Source of the DNA: Burkholderiaceae bacterium
Lineage (GTDB): Bacteria > Pseudomonadota > Gammaproteobacteria > Burkholderiales > Burkholderiaceae_C
DNA length: 27,472 nucleotides
Direction of reading: 5' to 3'
NCBI GenBank assembly: GCA_039921765.1
Contig: JBDSBD010000152.1
Location: 1 to 27,472, forward strand
Shown here: positions 15,878 through 24,900 of the stretch, piece after piece
Numbering within the stretch: position 1 is the first letter of the stretch
How the letters are laid out: every line of letters begins with the position of its first letter
The notes under the pieces: generated by a model
Told to the model about the DNA's origin: nothing
What the model saw: the letters and a program-made list of their open reading frames with translations, nothing else
The model's database searches: none
Program-made: the position numbers and the translations under genes

Positions 15878-15910
15878 CGCTCGGAGCAACAAGTGAGAAC
15901 GCCGCCATCA

Positions 15911-17773
15911 TCACGCAGCCTGCTCGTTCTTGATCGGCGCGGCTTCGAACGCCCGCACGTGCTCCGCGATCGCCGCGGTGATGAAGCGTGCGGTGATCGG
16001 CGTGCCGTCGAAATGCAGGATCGGCACCAGGCGCGCCGGATTCACTTCCTGCTCGGTGACGAGCAAGGTGCGCAGTTGTGCGTCGCGGTTTTGCTCGACC
16101 ACAAAGACCGTGTCGTGCTCGGCAATGAAGGCGTCGACCATGGCGCTGAACGGGAACGCGCGGATGCGCAGCCCGTCCACCGCGATGGCCTGCGCCTGCA
16201 GGGCCTCGAAGGCTTCGTTCATCGCCGGGCTGGTCGAGCCGAAGTAGATGACGCCCAAGCGTGTGGCCTCGGCCGCGTTGCGCCGCAGCGGCTGCGGCAC
16301 CAGCGTCTTGGCGGTCTCGAACTTGGTCAGCAGCCGCTGCACGTTGTAGAGATAGTCGTCCCCGGTCTCGGAGTAGCGCGCATAGGCGTCGCGGGTGGTG
16401 CCGCGCGTGAAGAAGGCGCCCTTGTCGGGATGCGTGCCGGGGTAGGTGCGGTACGGGATGCCGTCGCCGTCGACGTCGAGGTAGCGGCCGAAGTCGCGGC
16501 CCGCATCGAGCTCGGCGGCCGTCATCACCTTGCCCCGATCCATTTGCGTCGTGTCGTCCCAGGCGAGCGGCTCGCACAGACGGTGGTTCATGCCGATGTC
16601 GAGGTCGGTCATCAGGAACACCGGCGTTTGCAGCCGGTCGGCGAGGTCGAAGCATTTCGCGCCGAACTCGAAGCACTCGGTCGGGTCTTCGGGGAACAGC
16701 AGCACGTGCTTGGTGTCGCCGTGCGACGCGTAGGCGCAGCTGAGGATGTCGGCCTGCTGGGTGCGCGTGGGCATGCCGGTGCTCGGACCGCCGCGCTGCA
16801 CGTTGATGAGGGTCACCGGGATCTCGGCAAAGTAGGCCAGGCCGATGAACTCGGTCATCAGGGATACCCCCGGGCCCGAGGTGCAGGTGAAGGCGCGCGC
16901 CCCGTTCCAGCCGGCACCGGTGACGATGCCGATCGAGGCGATCTCGTCTTCGGCCTGCACGATCGCGAACCTGTTCTTGCCGGTGTCCTTGTCGACGCGC
17001 AGCTTGCTGCAGTACTTCTGAAAGGCTTCGGCCACGGATGACGAGGGCGTGATCGGGTACCAGGCGCAGACGGTCGCGCCGCCGTACACACAGCCCAGCG
17101 CCACCGCCGCGTTGCCTTCCATGAAGATGCGCCGGCCGACCGCATCGCGCCGCTCCACCTTCAGGCCGAGCGCGTCGTCGAAGTACTCCTGACCGTGGTG
17201 CAGCCCCATCATGAAGGCATCGAGGTTGGGCTGGATCAACCTGGCCTTGCCCTTGAACTGCTCGCCCAGCAGGGTGGCGATGACTTCGGGCTCGATGCCG
17301 AGCAGCGCCGCGAGCACGCCGACATAGACGATGTTCTTCAGCAACTGGCGCTCGCGCGGGTCGTTGTAGCGCGTTGCGCACAGGTCGGCGAGCGGCACGC
17401 CGAGCACGTGGATGTCGTCGCGCAGTCCCGTGACCGGCATCGGCTTGGACGAGTCGTACAGCAGGTAGCCACCGGGTTCGATCTCGGCCAGGTCGCGCGC
17501 CCAGGTCTGCGGGTTCATCGCGATCATCAGATCCACGCCGCCGCGCCGGCCGAGCCAGCCGCGCTCGCTGACACGCACCTCGTACCAGGTCGGCAGGCCC
17601 TGGATGTTGCTCGGGAAGATGTTGCGCGGGCTCACCGGCACGCCCATGCGCAGCAGGCTGCGCGCGAACAACTCGTTGGCCGAGGCCGAACCCGAGCCGT
17701 TGACGTTGGCGAACTTGACGACGAAGTCGTTGAGGGCTTCGATGCGATTCTTGGTTGGGGTGGTGGGGGTCAT
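15911..17773 (-). CDS. korA: 2-oxoacid:acceptor oxidoreductase subunit alpha (gamma-alpha fusion)
   Basis: FANVNGSGSASAN, YPITPSS, QAEDEIA, TSGPGVSLM, QRGGPSTGMPT. Confidence 0.93.
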   Translation of the reverse strand: MTPTTPTKNRIEALNDFVVKFANVNGSGSASANELFARSLLRMGVPVSPRNIFPSNIQGLPTWYEVRVSERGWLGRRGGVDLMIAMNPQTWARDLAEIEPGGYLLYDSSKPMPVTGLRDDIHVLGVPLADLCATRYNDPRERQLLKNIVYVGVLAALLGIEPEVIATLLGEQFKGKARLIQPNLDAFMMGLHHGQEYFDDALGLKVERRDAVGRRIFMEGNAAVALGCVYGGATVCAWYPITPSSSVAEAFQKYCSKLRVDKDTGKNRFAIVQAEDEIASIGIVTGAGWNGARAFTCTSGPGVSLMTEFIGLAYFAEIPVTLINVQRGGPSTGMPTRTQQADILSCAYASHGDTKHVLLFPEDPTECFEFGAKCFDLADRLQTPVFLMTDLDIGMNHRLCEPLAWDDTTQMDRGKVMTAAELDAGRDFGRYLDVDGDGIPYRTYPGTHPDKGAFFTRGTTRDAYARYSETGDDYLYNVQRLLTKFETAKTLVPQPLRRNAAEATRLGVIYFGSTSPAMNEAFEALQAQAIAVDGLRIRAFPFSAMVDAFIAEHDTVFVVEQNRDAQLRTLLVTEQEVNPARLVPILHFDGTPITARFITAAIAEHVRAFEAAPIKNEQAA

Positions 17774-17793
17774 TTCATTTGTCCCTTGCGATA

Positions 17794-18133
17794 GCCCGCC
17801 GGTGCGCCCGGCCGGCGGTCACTTTCATTTGCTGGCCCCAATGAAAGTAACCAAAGCAAAGGGCCTGAACACGATCTGACTGGTGAATAGGGCAACCGGG
17901 TCCGGCTGTTGAAGGGCCATGGGTTCCCGAGCCAGCTGCTCGCTGTCCGGCAGATCTTGCGAGCGGTTCTTGGTGGCGCTTGTCAAACGCGCCGACGGTG
18001 TACGCTGCGTCCACGTTCACCAGCCGTACTTTGAATGCAGATGCACGGGATGATCGTGTTTGGCTCACTTCTTGGGTGACTTTCTTCTGAGCCAGCAGAA
18101 GAAGGTTACTCGCCCGCCGGGGTGAAACCCGGC
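17794..18133. repeat. MITE/REPIN-like element B: two imperfect inverted arms of about 80 bp around a 175-bp core
   Basis: Left arm 17794-17876 and right arm 18052-18133 are related as reverse complements (AACACGATC/GATCGTGTT; GTTACTTTC..GCCAGCA..GAAAGT). Each arm has its own 13-14 bp hairpin (17817-17852; 18076-18109). Confidence 0.7.
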
Positions 18134-18231
18134 GCGCTGCCGCAAGCAACACCGCAGGTTGACAATCAAACCCGGCGCGCTGCCGCAAGCAGGCGGCACC
18201 GCCTGCTGACGCAGACCGGCGCGCTACCGCA
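18125..18231 (+). repeat. Three direct repeats with about 43-44 bp period
   Basis: AAACCCGGCGCGCTGCCGCAAGCA at 18125-18148 and 18168-18191 (identical); degenerate third copy ACCGGCGCGCTACCGCA at 18215-18231. Confidence 0.8.
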
Positions 18232-18249
18232 CCAGCAACCAAGCCCATG

Positions 18250-20088
18250 CTAGCCCGCCTTCGTGGCCGGGTGGCCGCGACAGCTGCGCCCAGCCCGTGG
18301 CAACTCGATCAGGAATTTCTGCATGTCCCAGGCGCCGGTCGGGCAGCGCTCGGCGCACAGGCCGCAGTGCAGACACACGTCTTCGTCCTTGACCATCACG
18401 CGACCGGTTTTCAGCTCACCCGAGACGTACAGGTCCTGGTCCTCGTGGCGCGCCGGGGCGCGCAGCCGGGTGCGCAGGTCGGCCTCCGTGCCGTTGTTCG
18501 TGAAGCTGATGCAATCGGTCGGGCAGATGTCGACGCAGGCGTCGCACTCGATGCATTGGCCGGTGTTGAACACCGTCTGCACGTCGCAGTTCAGGCAGCG
18601 CTGCGCTTCCTTCCACGCCGCCTGCACGTCGAAGCCGAGTTCGACCTCGACCTTGATGTTGCGCAGCGCCGCGTTCACGTCGCGCCACGGCACCTTGTGG
18701 CGCAGGTCGGGCGACACCGCGTTGTCGTAGCTCCATTCGTGGATGCCCATCTTCTGCGACACCAGGGTCACGCCCCGGGCCGGGCGTTCGCTCACGTCCT
18801 CGCCGTGCAGGAACTTGTCGATCGAGATCGCCGCGGCGTGGCCTTGCGCCACCGCCCAGATGATGTTCTTGGGGCCAAGCGCCGCGTCGCCACCGAAGAA
18901 CACGTTGGGTCGGCTCGACTGCAAGGTGACCGCATCGAGTCGCGGCATGCCGTGCTCGTCGAACGCGACACCGGCGTCGCGCTCGATCCACGGGAACGCG
19001 TTTTCCTGGCCGACCGCGACCAGCACCTCGTCGCACTCGAACCGCTGCTCGGGCTCACCGGTCGAGACGAGTTGGCGGCGTCCGTTCGCATCGCGCAGCG
19101 CGCGCACCTTGTCGAACGTCATGCCGACGAGCCTGCCGCCTTCATGCAGGAACGCTTTCGGCACCAGGCAGTCGAGAATCGGAATGTTCTCGTGCGCGGC
19201 GTCTTCCTTCTCCCACGGCGAGGCCTTCATCTCTTCGAAGGGCGAGCGCACGATCACTTTCACGTCGTCACCGCCGAGCCGTTTGGCGCTGCGGCAGCAG
19301 TCCATCGCGGTGTTGCCGCCGCCGAGCACGATCACGCGCTTGGCGATGCTCGTGACGTGGCCGAACGACACCGACGACAACCAGTCGATGCCGATGTGGA
19401 CGTGCGCCGCCGCCTCGGCGCGGCCGGGGATCGATAAATCGCGCCCGCGCGGTGCGCCCGAGCCGACGAACACCGCGTCCCAGCCTCCGTCGGTCTTGTC
19501 CGCCAGCAGCGCGCGCATCGATTCGATGCGCGTACCGGCACGGAACTCGACCCCGAGGCGCAGCACATAGCCGGTCTCTTCGTCGATCACTTCTTCGGGC
19601 AGGCGAAAGCGCGGAATCTGCGAGCGGATCATGCCGCCGGCCTTCGTGTCGCCATCGAACACCGTCACCGCGTACCCCAGGGGTGCGAGGTCGCGCGCCA
19701 CGGTCAGTGCGGCCGGGCCGGCCCCGACGCAGGCCACGCGTAAGCCGTTCTTTTGCAGGGCGGGGCGCGGGAGGCGCTCGCCGATGTCGTCGTCCTTGAA
19801 GTCGGCGGCGACGCGCTTCAGGCGGCAGATCGCGACCGGCTCGGGCTTGGCGGCCTGCGCCTCCTCGACCCGGCCACGCCGGCAGGCCGGTTCGCACGGA
19901 CGGTCGCAGGTGCGCCCGAGGATGCCGGGGAACACGTTCGACTCCCAGTTGATCATGTAGGCGTCGGTGTAGCGCCCGGCCGCGATCAAACGGATGTACT
20001 CGGGAACCGGCGTGTGGGCCGGACAGGCCCATTGGCAATCGACGACCTTGTGGAAATAGTCGGGAGCGTGGATGTCGGTGGCTTGCAA
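18250..20088 (-). CDS. GltD-like FAD/NADP-dependent oxidoreductase with N-terminal Fe-S cluster and C-terminal 2x[4Fe-4S] ferredoxin domain (KorC-like)
   Basis: DCQWACP, TCDRPCEPAC, VGAGPA, GGGNTAMD, CIECDACVDICP, CLHCGLCAERCP. Likely TTG start at 20088 with AAAGGGA RBS. Confidence 0.9.
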   Translation of the reverse strand: MQATDIHAPDYFHKVVDCQWACPAHTPVPEYIRLIAAGRYTDAYMINWESNVFPGILGRTCDRPCEPACRRGRVEEAQAAKPEPVAICRLKRVAADFKDDDIGERLPRPALQKNGLRVACVGAGPAALTVARDLAPLGYAVTVFDGDTKAGGMIRSQIPRFRLPEEVIDEETGYVLRLGVEFRAGTRIESMRALLADKTDGGWDAVFVGSGAPRGRDLSIPGRAEAAAHVHIGIDWLSSVSFGHVTSIAKRVIVLGGGNTAMDCCRSAKRLGGDDVKVIVRSPFEEMKASPWEKEDAAHENIPILDCLVPKAFLHEGGRLVGMTFDKVRALRDANGRRQLVSTGEPEQRFECDEVLVAVGQENAFPWIERDAGVAFDEHGMPRLDAVTLQSSRPNVFFGGDAALGPKNIIWAVAQGHAAAISIDKFLHGEDVSERPARGVTLVSQKMGIHEWSYDNAVSPDLRHKVPWRDVNAALRNIKVEVELGFDVQAAWKEAQRCLNCDVQTVFNTGQCIECDACVDICPTDCISFTNNGTEADLRTRLRAPARHEDQDLYVSGELKTGRVMVKDEDVCLHCGLCAERCPTGAWDMQKFLIELPRAGRSCRGHPATKAG

Positions 20089-20170
20089 CGAGTCCCTTTC
20101 CGCGCGCTCGTGCCGAAGTGCAATTGCCATCGAACCAACGCGCTTGTTCTGCGCCTGCTTGCGTCAGGCC

Positions 20171-20199
20171 ATGCTAGGCCTCGCAGGGGGCACTGTCAG
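20171..20199 (-). promoter_or_regulatory. Candidate sigma70 promoter for the gltD-like/korA/korB operon
   Basis: Minus strand CTGACA (20199-20194), 17 nt, TAGCAT (20176-20171). Confidence 0.5.
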
Positions 20200-20239
20200 C
20201 GAGGGTTTGTGCGAGTGTGGCGCGCGCTCACTCACTCAC

Positions 20240-21523
20240 TCACGAGCCAAGCAATTCGCCCACCGGCTTCAGATCCTCGACCCGATCGCACGAGGCCTTC
20301 ACCACCATCAGGATCGGCACCCCGAGCAGTAGGCCCCACAAGCCCCAAAGCCAACCCCAGGCGAGCACACCGACGAACACCGCGACCGGGTTCAGGCGGC
20401 TGGCACGGCTGGTCATCCACGGCAGCAACAGATAGCCGACGACCGAATGGATCGCGAACGAGGCCCCGCCCACCAGCAGCGCCATGTCGAGCGTACCGAA
20501 CTGCATGAAGGCGACCAGCGCCGAGCCGCCCCCGACGATCGCCGCACCCAGGTACGGCACGAGATTCGTGACCGCGGCGACCACCGCCCACACCGCGGCA
20601 TGCTCGAGCCCGATCCACAGGAACGCGATTCCGGTCGCCACGCCGACGATCGCGCTGGTGAAGAGCTGCACCAGGAGATAGCGCTGAATCTGCTCGCTGA
20701 TCTCGTCGAGCGCCTGCACGGTCACGCGCTTCTGGCTCAGGGTGGGCCCGGCGAGCTTGACCATCTTGCGCCGGAAGGTGGTGCCCGACGCCAGCAGGAA
20801 GTAGGCGATCAGCACCACCATCACGGCCTGGCCCGCCAACGTGACCAGGCCGAGCGTGCCGCTCCACAGATAGTTGGTGATGTCAAAGCGCGGGCGCTCG
20901 ATCGAGACGCGGGTCACGCCGCGCTTTTCCTTCGGCGTGGCGCTTGTTTCGTCGGCGACCCGCTCGAGCTCGGTGGCGGCCTTCTGGACCTTCTCGATCG
21001 CGCTCGGCGCCGCCTGGCGCGGCTTGCTCAATGCCTGGCGCAGTTTTTGCGCCGCTTCGGGCAACGATTCGATGAGGCTGCTCGCGTCGTCGCTGAGCGA
21101 GTAGACGATCGCTCCCGCGCCGCCACACAGGCCCAGCATCAGCAGTGCCGCGCCGAGCGCTCGCGGCAGGCGCCAGCGTTGCAGCTGGTTCACCAGCGGC
21201 GTCAGCGAATAGCTCAGCATCAGGCCGAGCAACAGCGGGATGAACACCGCCGCGGCCCAGTGCAGCGTGTAGATGCCGGCCAGGATCGCAAGCACGATGA
21301 GCGACACATTGCGCACATCGACGGCGCGGCGCGACGATGAGAGCGAGGCCGCGATGACCGTCGGCGGCTCCGATGCTGGCTCGCCGTCATCGCCGTCATC
21401 GCCGTTGTCGCCGGAAATGTCGGGGTCCTCCCGATCCGGCGCGGCGGCGGTGGCCGCGAGCGCCGCAAGAGCCGCCGCCGCTGGTTGGGCGTCGCCACCC
21501 GTCGTGTCGGTCTGATCAGGCAA
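20240..21523 (-). CDS. AI-2E family (PerM/TqsA-like) transporter
   Basis: Hydrophobic pattern with LLGLMLSYSLTPLV, NLVPYLGA and LNPVAVFVGVLAWGWLWGLWGLLLGVP. Start uncertain (TTG 21523); acidic low-complexity N-terminus. Confidence 0.88.
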   Translation of the reverse strand: MPDQTDTTGGDAQPAAAALAALAATAAAPDREDPDISGDNGDDGDDGEPASEPPTVIAASLSSSRRAVDVRNVSLIVLAILAGIYTLHWAAAVFIPLLLGLMLSYSLTPLVNQLQRWRLPRALGAALLMLGLCGGAGAIVYSLSDDASSLIESLPEAAQKLRQALSKPRQAAPSAIEKVQKAATELERVADETSATPKEKRGVTRVSIERPRFDITNYLWSGTLGLVTLAGQAVMVVLIAYFLLASGTTFRRKMVKLAGPTLSQKRVTVQALDEISEQIQRYLLVQLFTSAIVGVATGIAFLWIGLEHAAVWAVVAAVTNLVPYLGAAIVGGGSALVAFMQFGTLDMALLVGGASFAIHSVVGYLLLPWMTSRASRLNPVAVFVGVLAWGWLWGLWGLLLGVPILMVVKASCDRVEDLKPVGELLGS

Positions 21524-22859
21524 GGGCGTCGGCCCAGATCGAGTGGGCCCAGCTCCAGGCGTAACGGCCTTCGAGCTCGGTCGGCTCGGATGACAGCCCG
21601 CCCGCGCCGTGCACCGGTTTGAAGGTCTTCTCGGCCGCGCGGTAGGCGTGCACGCTCGCCACGTGCACGCTGCGCCGCTTGTCGACGAAGCTGTAGCAGG
21701 TGTTGGTCAGCATCGGCGCTGGATCGATCTCCCAGCCGTTCAGCTCGGCCACCAGCGCCGCCGCCAGGACCTTGGCCTGGCTGTTGGCCATGTGGCCGCT
21801 CTTGGGCATCAGCTCGGCGATCTGGATCGCGTCGCCGATGACGTGAATGTGGCGCGCCGCGGTTGACTCGAAGTTCAGGAAGTTCACGTTGCACCAGCGT
21901 GCGTTCGAGTTCGCCAGGCCGGTCTGCACCGCGATCGCGCCGGCACGCATCGGCGGAAGCACGTTGAGCACGTCGGCGCGCACGTTGTCCTGGAACTCGA
22001 ACTTTAGGGTGTTGCTGGCCGCGTCGACCGCGCTCGCCGCATGCTGCGCCCGGTACTCGATCAGGCCCGGGTACAGCTCGGCCCAGGCGCGCTTGAAGAG
22101 CGCGCCCTTGCTGGTGACGTCCTGGTTGGCGTCGAGGATGAGCACCTTGGCGCGCGGCTTGGCGCGCTTGAAGTAGTTTGCGACCAGGCAGGCGCGCTCG
22201 TAGGGCCCGGGCGGGCAGCGGTACGGCGACTCGGGGATCGCGATCGCGAACACGCCGCCATCGGGCATGGCCTCGAGCTGGCGGCGCAACTGAACGGTCT
22301 CGGGCCCGGCACTCCAGGCCTGCAGGATGCGCCCGCTGTGGTGCGCCTCGCGCAGCCCGGCCACGCGCTCCCACATCATCTCCACGCCGGGCGAGAGCAC
22401 GAGCTTGTCGTAGCGGATGTCCGCGCCCGAGGCGAGGCGCGCGATGCGCTGGGTGGCGTCGATCGCGGCGACGCGATCCTTCACGATGCGCACGCCGTGC
22501 CGCTGCGCCAGCGTGTCGTAGGGCCGCGTGATCTCGCGCATCGTGCGGCTGCCGCCGAGCACCAGGTTGGACAGCGGGCACGAGACGAACGCCGCCTCGG
22601 GCTCGACCAGCACCACCTCGATGCGATGACGCGACAGCAACCGCACGTACCGGGCCGCGGTGGCGCCGCCATAGCCACCACCGACCACCAGCACGCGTGC
22701 GCGATCGGGCGTGCCGATCGGATTGAGCGCGCAGCCCGCCAAGCCCACGCCACCCAGGCCGCCGAGCGCCGCCGCGGCCGAAGCGAGCTTGAGCACGCCA
22801 CGGCGATGCAGCTTCGCGGGCGGTGCCGGTGCCGCGCCGGATCCAAGCTGGCCTTTCAT
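21516..22859 (-). CDS. fccB: Flavocytochrome c sulfide dehydrogenase flavoprotein subunit (FccB/SoxF-like), Tat-exported
   Basis: Twin-arginine RRGVLK signal, VVGGGYGGATAA, SCPLSN, YRCPPGPYERA and NTCYS (the two redox cysteines), MPKSGHMANSQAK. Confidence 0.88.
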   Translation of the reverse strand: MKGQLGSGAAPAPPAKLHRRGVLKLASAAAALGGLGGVGLAGCALNPIGTPDRARVLVVGGGYGGATAARYVRLLSRHRIEVVLVEPEAAFVSCPLSNLVLGGSRTMREITRPYDTLAQRHGVRIVKDRVAAIDATQRIARLASGADIRYDKLVLSPGVEMMWERVAGLREAHHSGRILQAWSAGPETVQLRRQLEAMPDGGVFAIAIPESPYRCPPGPYERACLVANYFKRAKPRAKVLILDANQDVTSKGALFKRAWAELYPGLIEYRAQHAASAVDAASNTLKFEFQDNVRADVLNVLPPMRAGAIAVQTGLANSNARWCNVNFLNFESTAARHIHVIGDAIQIAELMPKSGHMANSQAKVLAAALVAELNGWEIDPAPMLTNTCYSFVDKRRSVHVASVHAYRAAEKTFKPVHGAGGLSSEPTELEGRYAWSWAHSIWADALA

Positions 22860-23182
22860 GGCCTGGGTTGCGCGGCGAAGTAGGCCGCGAGCTGGTCGAT
22901 CTGGGCGTCACTGTAGCCACGCGCGAGCTGCTGCATGACGGTGGACTTGCGCGCGCCGCTGCGAAATGCGTTGATCTGCTCGACAAACTCGGCCGCCGGC
23001 ATGCCGGCCAGGCCCGGCACCGCGCTGCCGCGGGCGGCGTGGCCGTCGGTGCCGTGGCACTGTGCACAGTTCGCCGCCAGGCTGCGCGTGCGCAGCGCCT
23101 GTGCGGTGTCCGGGGCCGGCGCACCGCTGGCGCTGCAGGTGACCGCAACGGTGAAGAAAAACAGCCAGCCTCGCAGGTTCAT
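22856..23182 (-). CDS. Monoheme class I cytochrome c (partner of the FCSD flavoprotein)
   Basis: C-terminal 108 aa of the 22856-23866 ORF from ATG 23182. Signal peptide, CAQCH heme motif, VPGLAG, distal Met in TVMQQLA. Confidence 0.9.
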   Translation of the reverse strand: MNLRGWLFFFTVAVTCSASGAPAPDTAQALRTRSLAANCAQCHGTDGHAARGSAVPGLAGMPAAEFVEQINAFRSGARKSTVMQQLARGYSDAQIDQLAAYFAAQPRP

Positions 23183-24129
23183 GAACCGTCCTCCGCAATG
23201 GCGCCACTGTAATGGCGTTCGAGCCCCGGCGGCAGCGGCGAGTCGAGCAGACCGCAACTCAGCCGCAGTGCGTCGGCGGCGGCGTCGGTCAGGCGCGCGT
23301 TGCCATGCGGCCGGTGCGCGAGCGCGGCATCGACCCAGTTTCGCACAAGCACCGGGCGTTGCATCCAGGGCAAGGCCTGCAGCTCGTACAAGGCGTGCAC
23401 CAGCGCGTCGGCGTCGACCGGACGACACGCTGGCAGCGCCTCGCGATCGCGCCAGGCCGATGTCGCCGTCGCGTACCAGGCCGTGCCCGCCTCGGTGGGC
23501 TCTGCGGCCTCGACCGGCACCAGGCGCGACAGGAAGGCACTGTAGATGCCGAGGGCCCGCACCGCACTGTCGGGCAGGTCCGACAGATCCCCGCCGAGGC
23601 CCGCATCGAGCATCGGTTCGCGCAAGCGCAACGCCGGTGACAGCGTCGACGTGAACGGACCGGCGCGCGCGCCCGCGACGCGCGGGTGCGCCGCAAGCTC
23701 GGTCCCAGAGGCCTCGCCGAGTCGGCGCCGCATCGCGAGCCAGTGCAGCCGGTCGATGGGACGCACCGCGTCGCTTGCGCCCATGACGCGGCGCGTCGCC
23801 TTGAGCAGCCCCTGGCGCACCGCGAGCGGCTGGCTGCGAAGCCGCTCCAACAGCCGTTCGAACCACGCCAGCCGGCTCATCGCCGCGAGTTGGGCCACGA
23901 GTTCGGCGATCCGCGCGGCGCCGGGTGTGGCCTCGGTTTCGACCTGCCAGGCGCGCGCCGCACGCGCGTTGCCGTGTGGCACCAGCAACGCGAGCACGGC
24001 GGCCTGCAGCTCGAGCGGGCCGTGGACACGCGACAGCGCTTCGGCGGCGTCAAGCTCGGGCGTGATCGCGCGCGCGCGTGCGCCGCGCGATGCCGAGTCG
24101 CCAGCCGTCCGCGCGGTCGTGCGCGTCAC
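23179..24129 (-). CDS. Hypothetical protein resembling the C-terminal region of long M48 metallopeptidases, without a protease domain
   Basis: Coupled by GTGA/ATGA overlaps on both sides. C-terminus ALYELQALPWMQRPVLV...ADALRLSCGLLDSPLPP resembles long-M48 tails; no HEXXH. Confidence 0.55.
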   Translation of the reverse strand: MTRTTARTAGDSASRGARARAITPELDAAEALSRVHGPLELQAAVLALLVPHGNARAARAWQVETEATPGAARIAELVAQLAAMSRLAWFERLLERLRSQPLAVRQGLLKATRRVMGASDAVRPIDRLHWLAMRRRLGEASGTELAAHPRVAGARAGPFTSTLSPALRLREPMLDAGLGGDLSDLPDSAVRALGIYSAFLSRLVPVEAAEPTEAGTAWYATATSAWRDREALPACRPVDADALVHALYELQALPWMQRPVLVRNWVDAALAHRPHGNARLTDAAADALRLSCGLLDSPLPPGLERHYSGAIAEDGS

Positions 24130-24653
24130 AGCGTCGCACCCCGTTGAAAGCTGAACACGAGTGCGAGCAAACGGGTCGGGAACTGGCGCACCGCCTGGTT
24201 GTACTCGGTCACGGCCTCATTGAACTGGGCGCGCGCGAACGCAAGCGCCGCGTCGGCGGCCGCCAGGCTCGCGTTGAGCTCGGCGAGGTCAATGCCGGCC
24301 GCGGCCTGCACCGGCAGCCGACCGCGCGCTTCGCCGAGGATGACCTCGGCCAGGTGCAGGCTCGTCACCGCGCCGGCGTTGCTGGTGCGTTGCCGGGCGT
24401 GCGCGCAGGCCGCTTCGACCTGGCTGCACGCGGCACGCAGCGAGTCGATGCGCGGTGTCGCGTTCGTGAGCACCGGCTCCAACGCGTCGAGTTGCTGCAG
24501 CAGCAGCGCGTGGCGCCGCATGACGTGCTGGAACACCGGCACGAAGCGCTGGCGCACCGCGTCGCGCAACTGGACCAACCGGTTGTAGCCGCCGACCGCC
24601 CAGAACAGCAGCACCGCGGCCACGACCGCGCCGATGATTTGGTTGCGACTCAT
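24126..24653 (-). CDS. lemA: LemA family protein (divergent)
   Basis: N-terminal TM then WAVGGYNRLVQLR; C-terminal RAQFNEAVTEYNQAVRQFPTRLLA. Confidence 0.85.
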   Translation of the reverse strand: MSRNQIIGAVVAAVLLFWAVGGYNRLVQLRDAVRQRFVPVFQHVMRRHALLLQQLDALEPVLTNATPRIDSLRAACSQVEAACAHARQRTSNAGAVTSLHLAEVILGEARGRLPVQAAAGIDLAELNASLAAADAALAFARAQFNEAVTEYNQAVRQFPTRLLALVFSFQRGATL

Positions 24654-24691
24654 GCGACAGGACTCTACGACACGCTGGCCGGTGCCCGCTC

Positions 24692-24711
24692 GCTTCGATA
24701 CACGCCGAAGC
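24692..24711. promoter_or_regulatory. Palindrome GCTTCG-N8-CGAAGC, candidate operator of the divergent ArsR-type regulator
   Basis: Perfect 6-bp arms about 40 bp upstream of the lemA start, between divergent genes. Confidence 0.35.
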
Positions 24712-24900
24712 ATCTGGCGGCTCGGCAGCGCCATCATTCGCATCCACCCAGAGCGCACCCGATCGCCGCCAGGGTGGGCAGACAATGGCCAGCTTGGATC
24801 GCGCCGCGGGTGGGTCGACTTCGGCGCAAGGGGTTGAGTCGACCCGCGCAGGCTCCGGCGCCGAGCTTTGCGCTCACCCTGGCCGTCTCTGGAGCTTGGC

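Noticed and set aside
18125-18231. CRISPR mini-array
   Set aside because: Only two exact repeats, spacers of 19-20 nt are too short, and there are no cas genes or AT-rich leader. Kept only as a direct repeat.
15527-18248. ORFs spanning the kor intergenic repeats (15527-15847, 15570-15806, 17775-18248) and the N-terminal extension of korB to 15861
   Set aside because: They are translations of palindromic repeat DNA. korB homology starts at MTYLAKP (15528).
20228-20243. (TCAC)x4 microsatellite giving TGA in all three minus-strand frames at the AI-2E stop
   Set aside because: Too short to support phase variation; no functional evidence.
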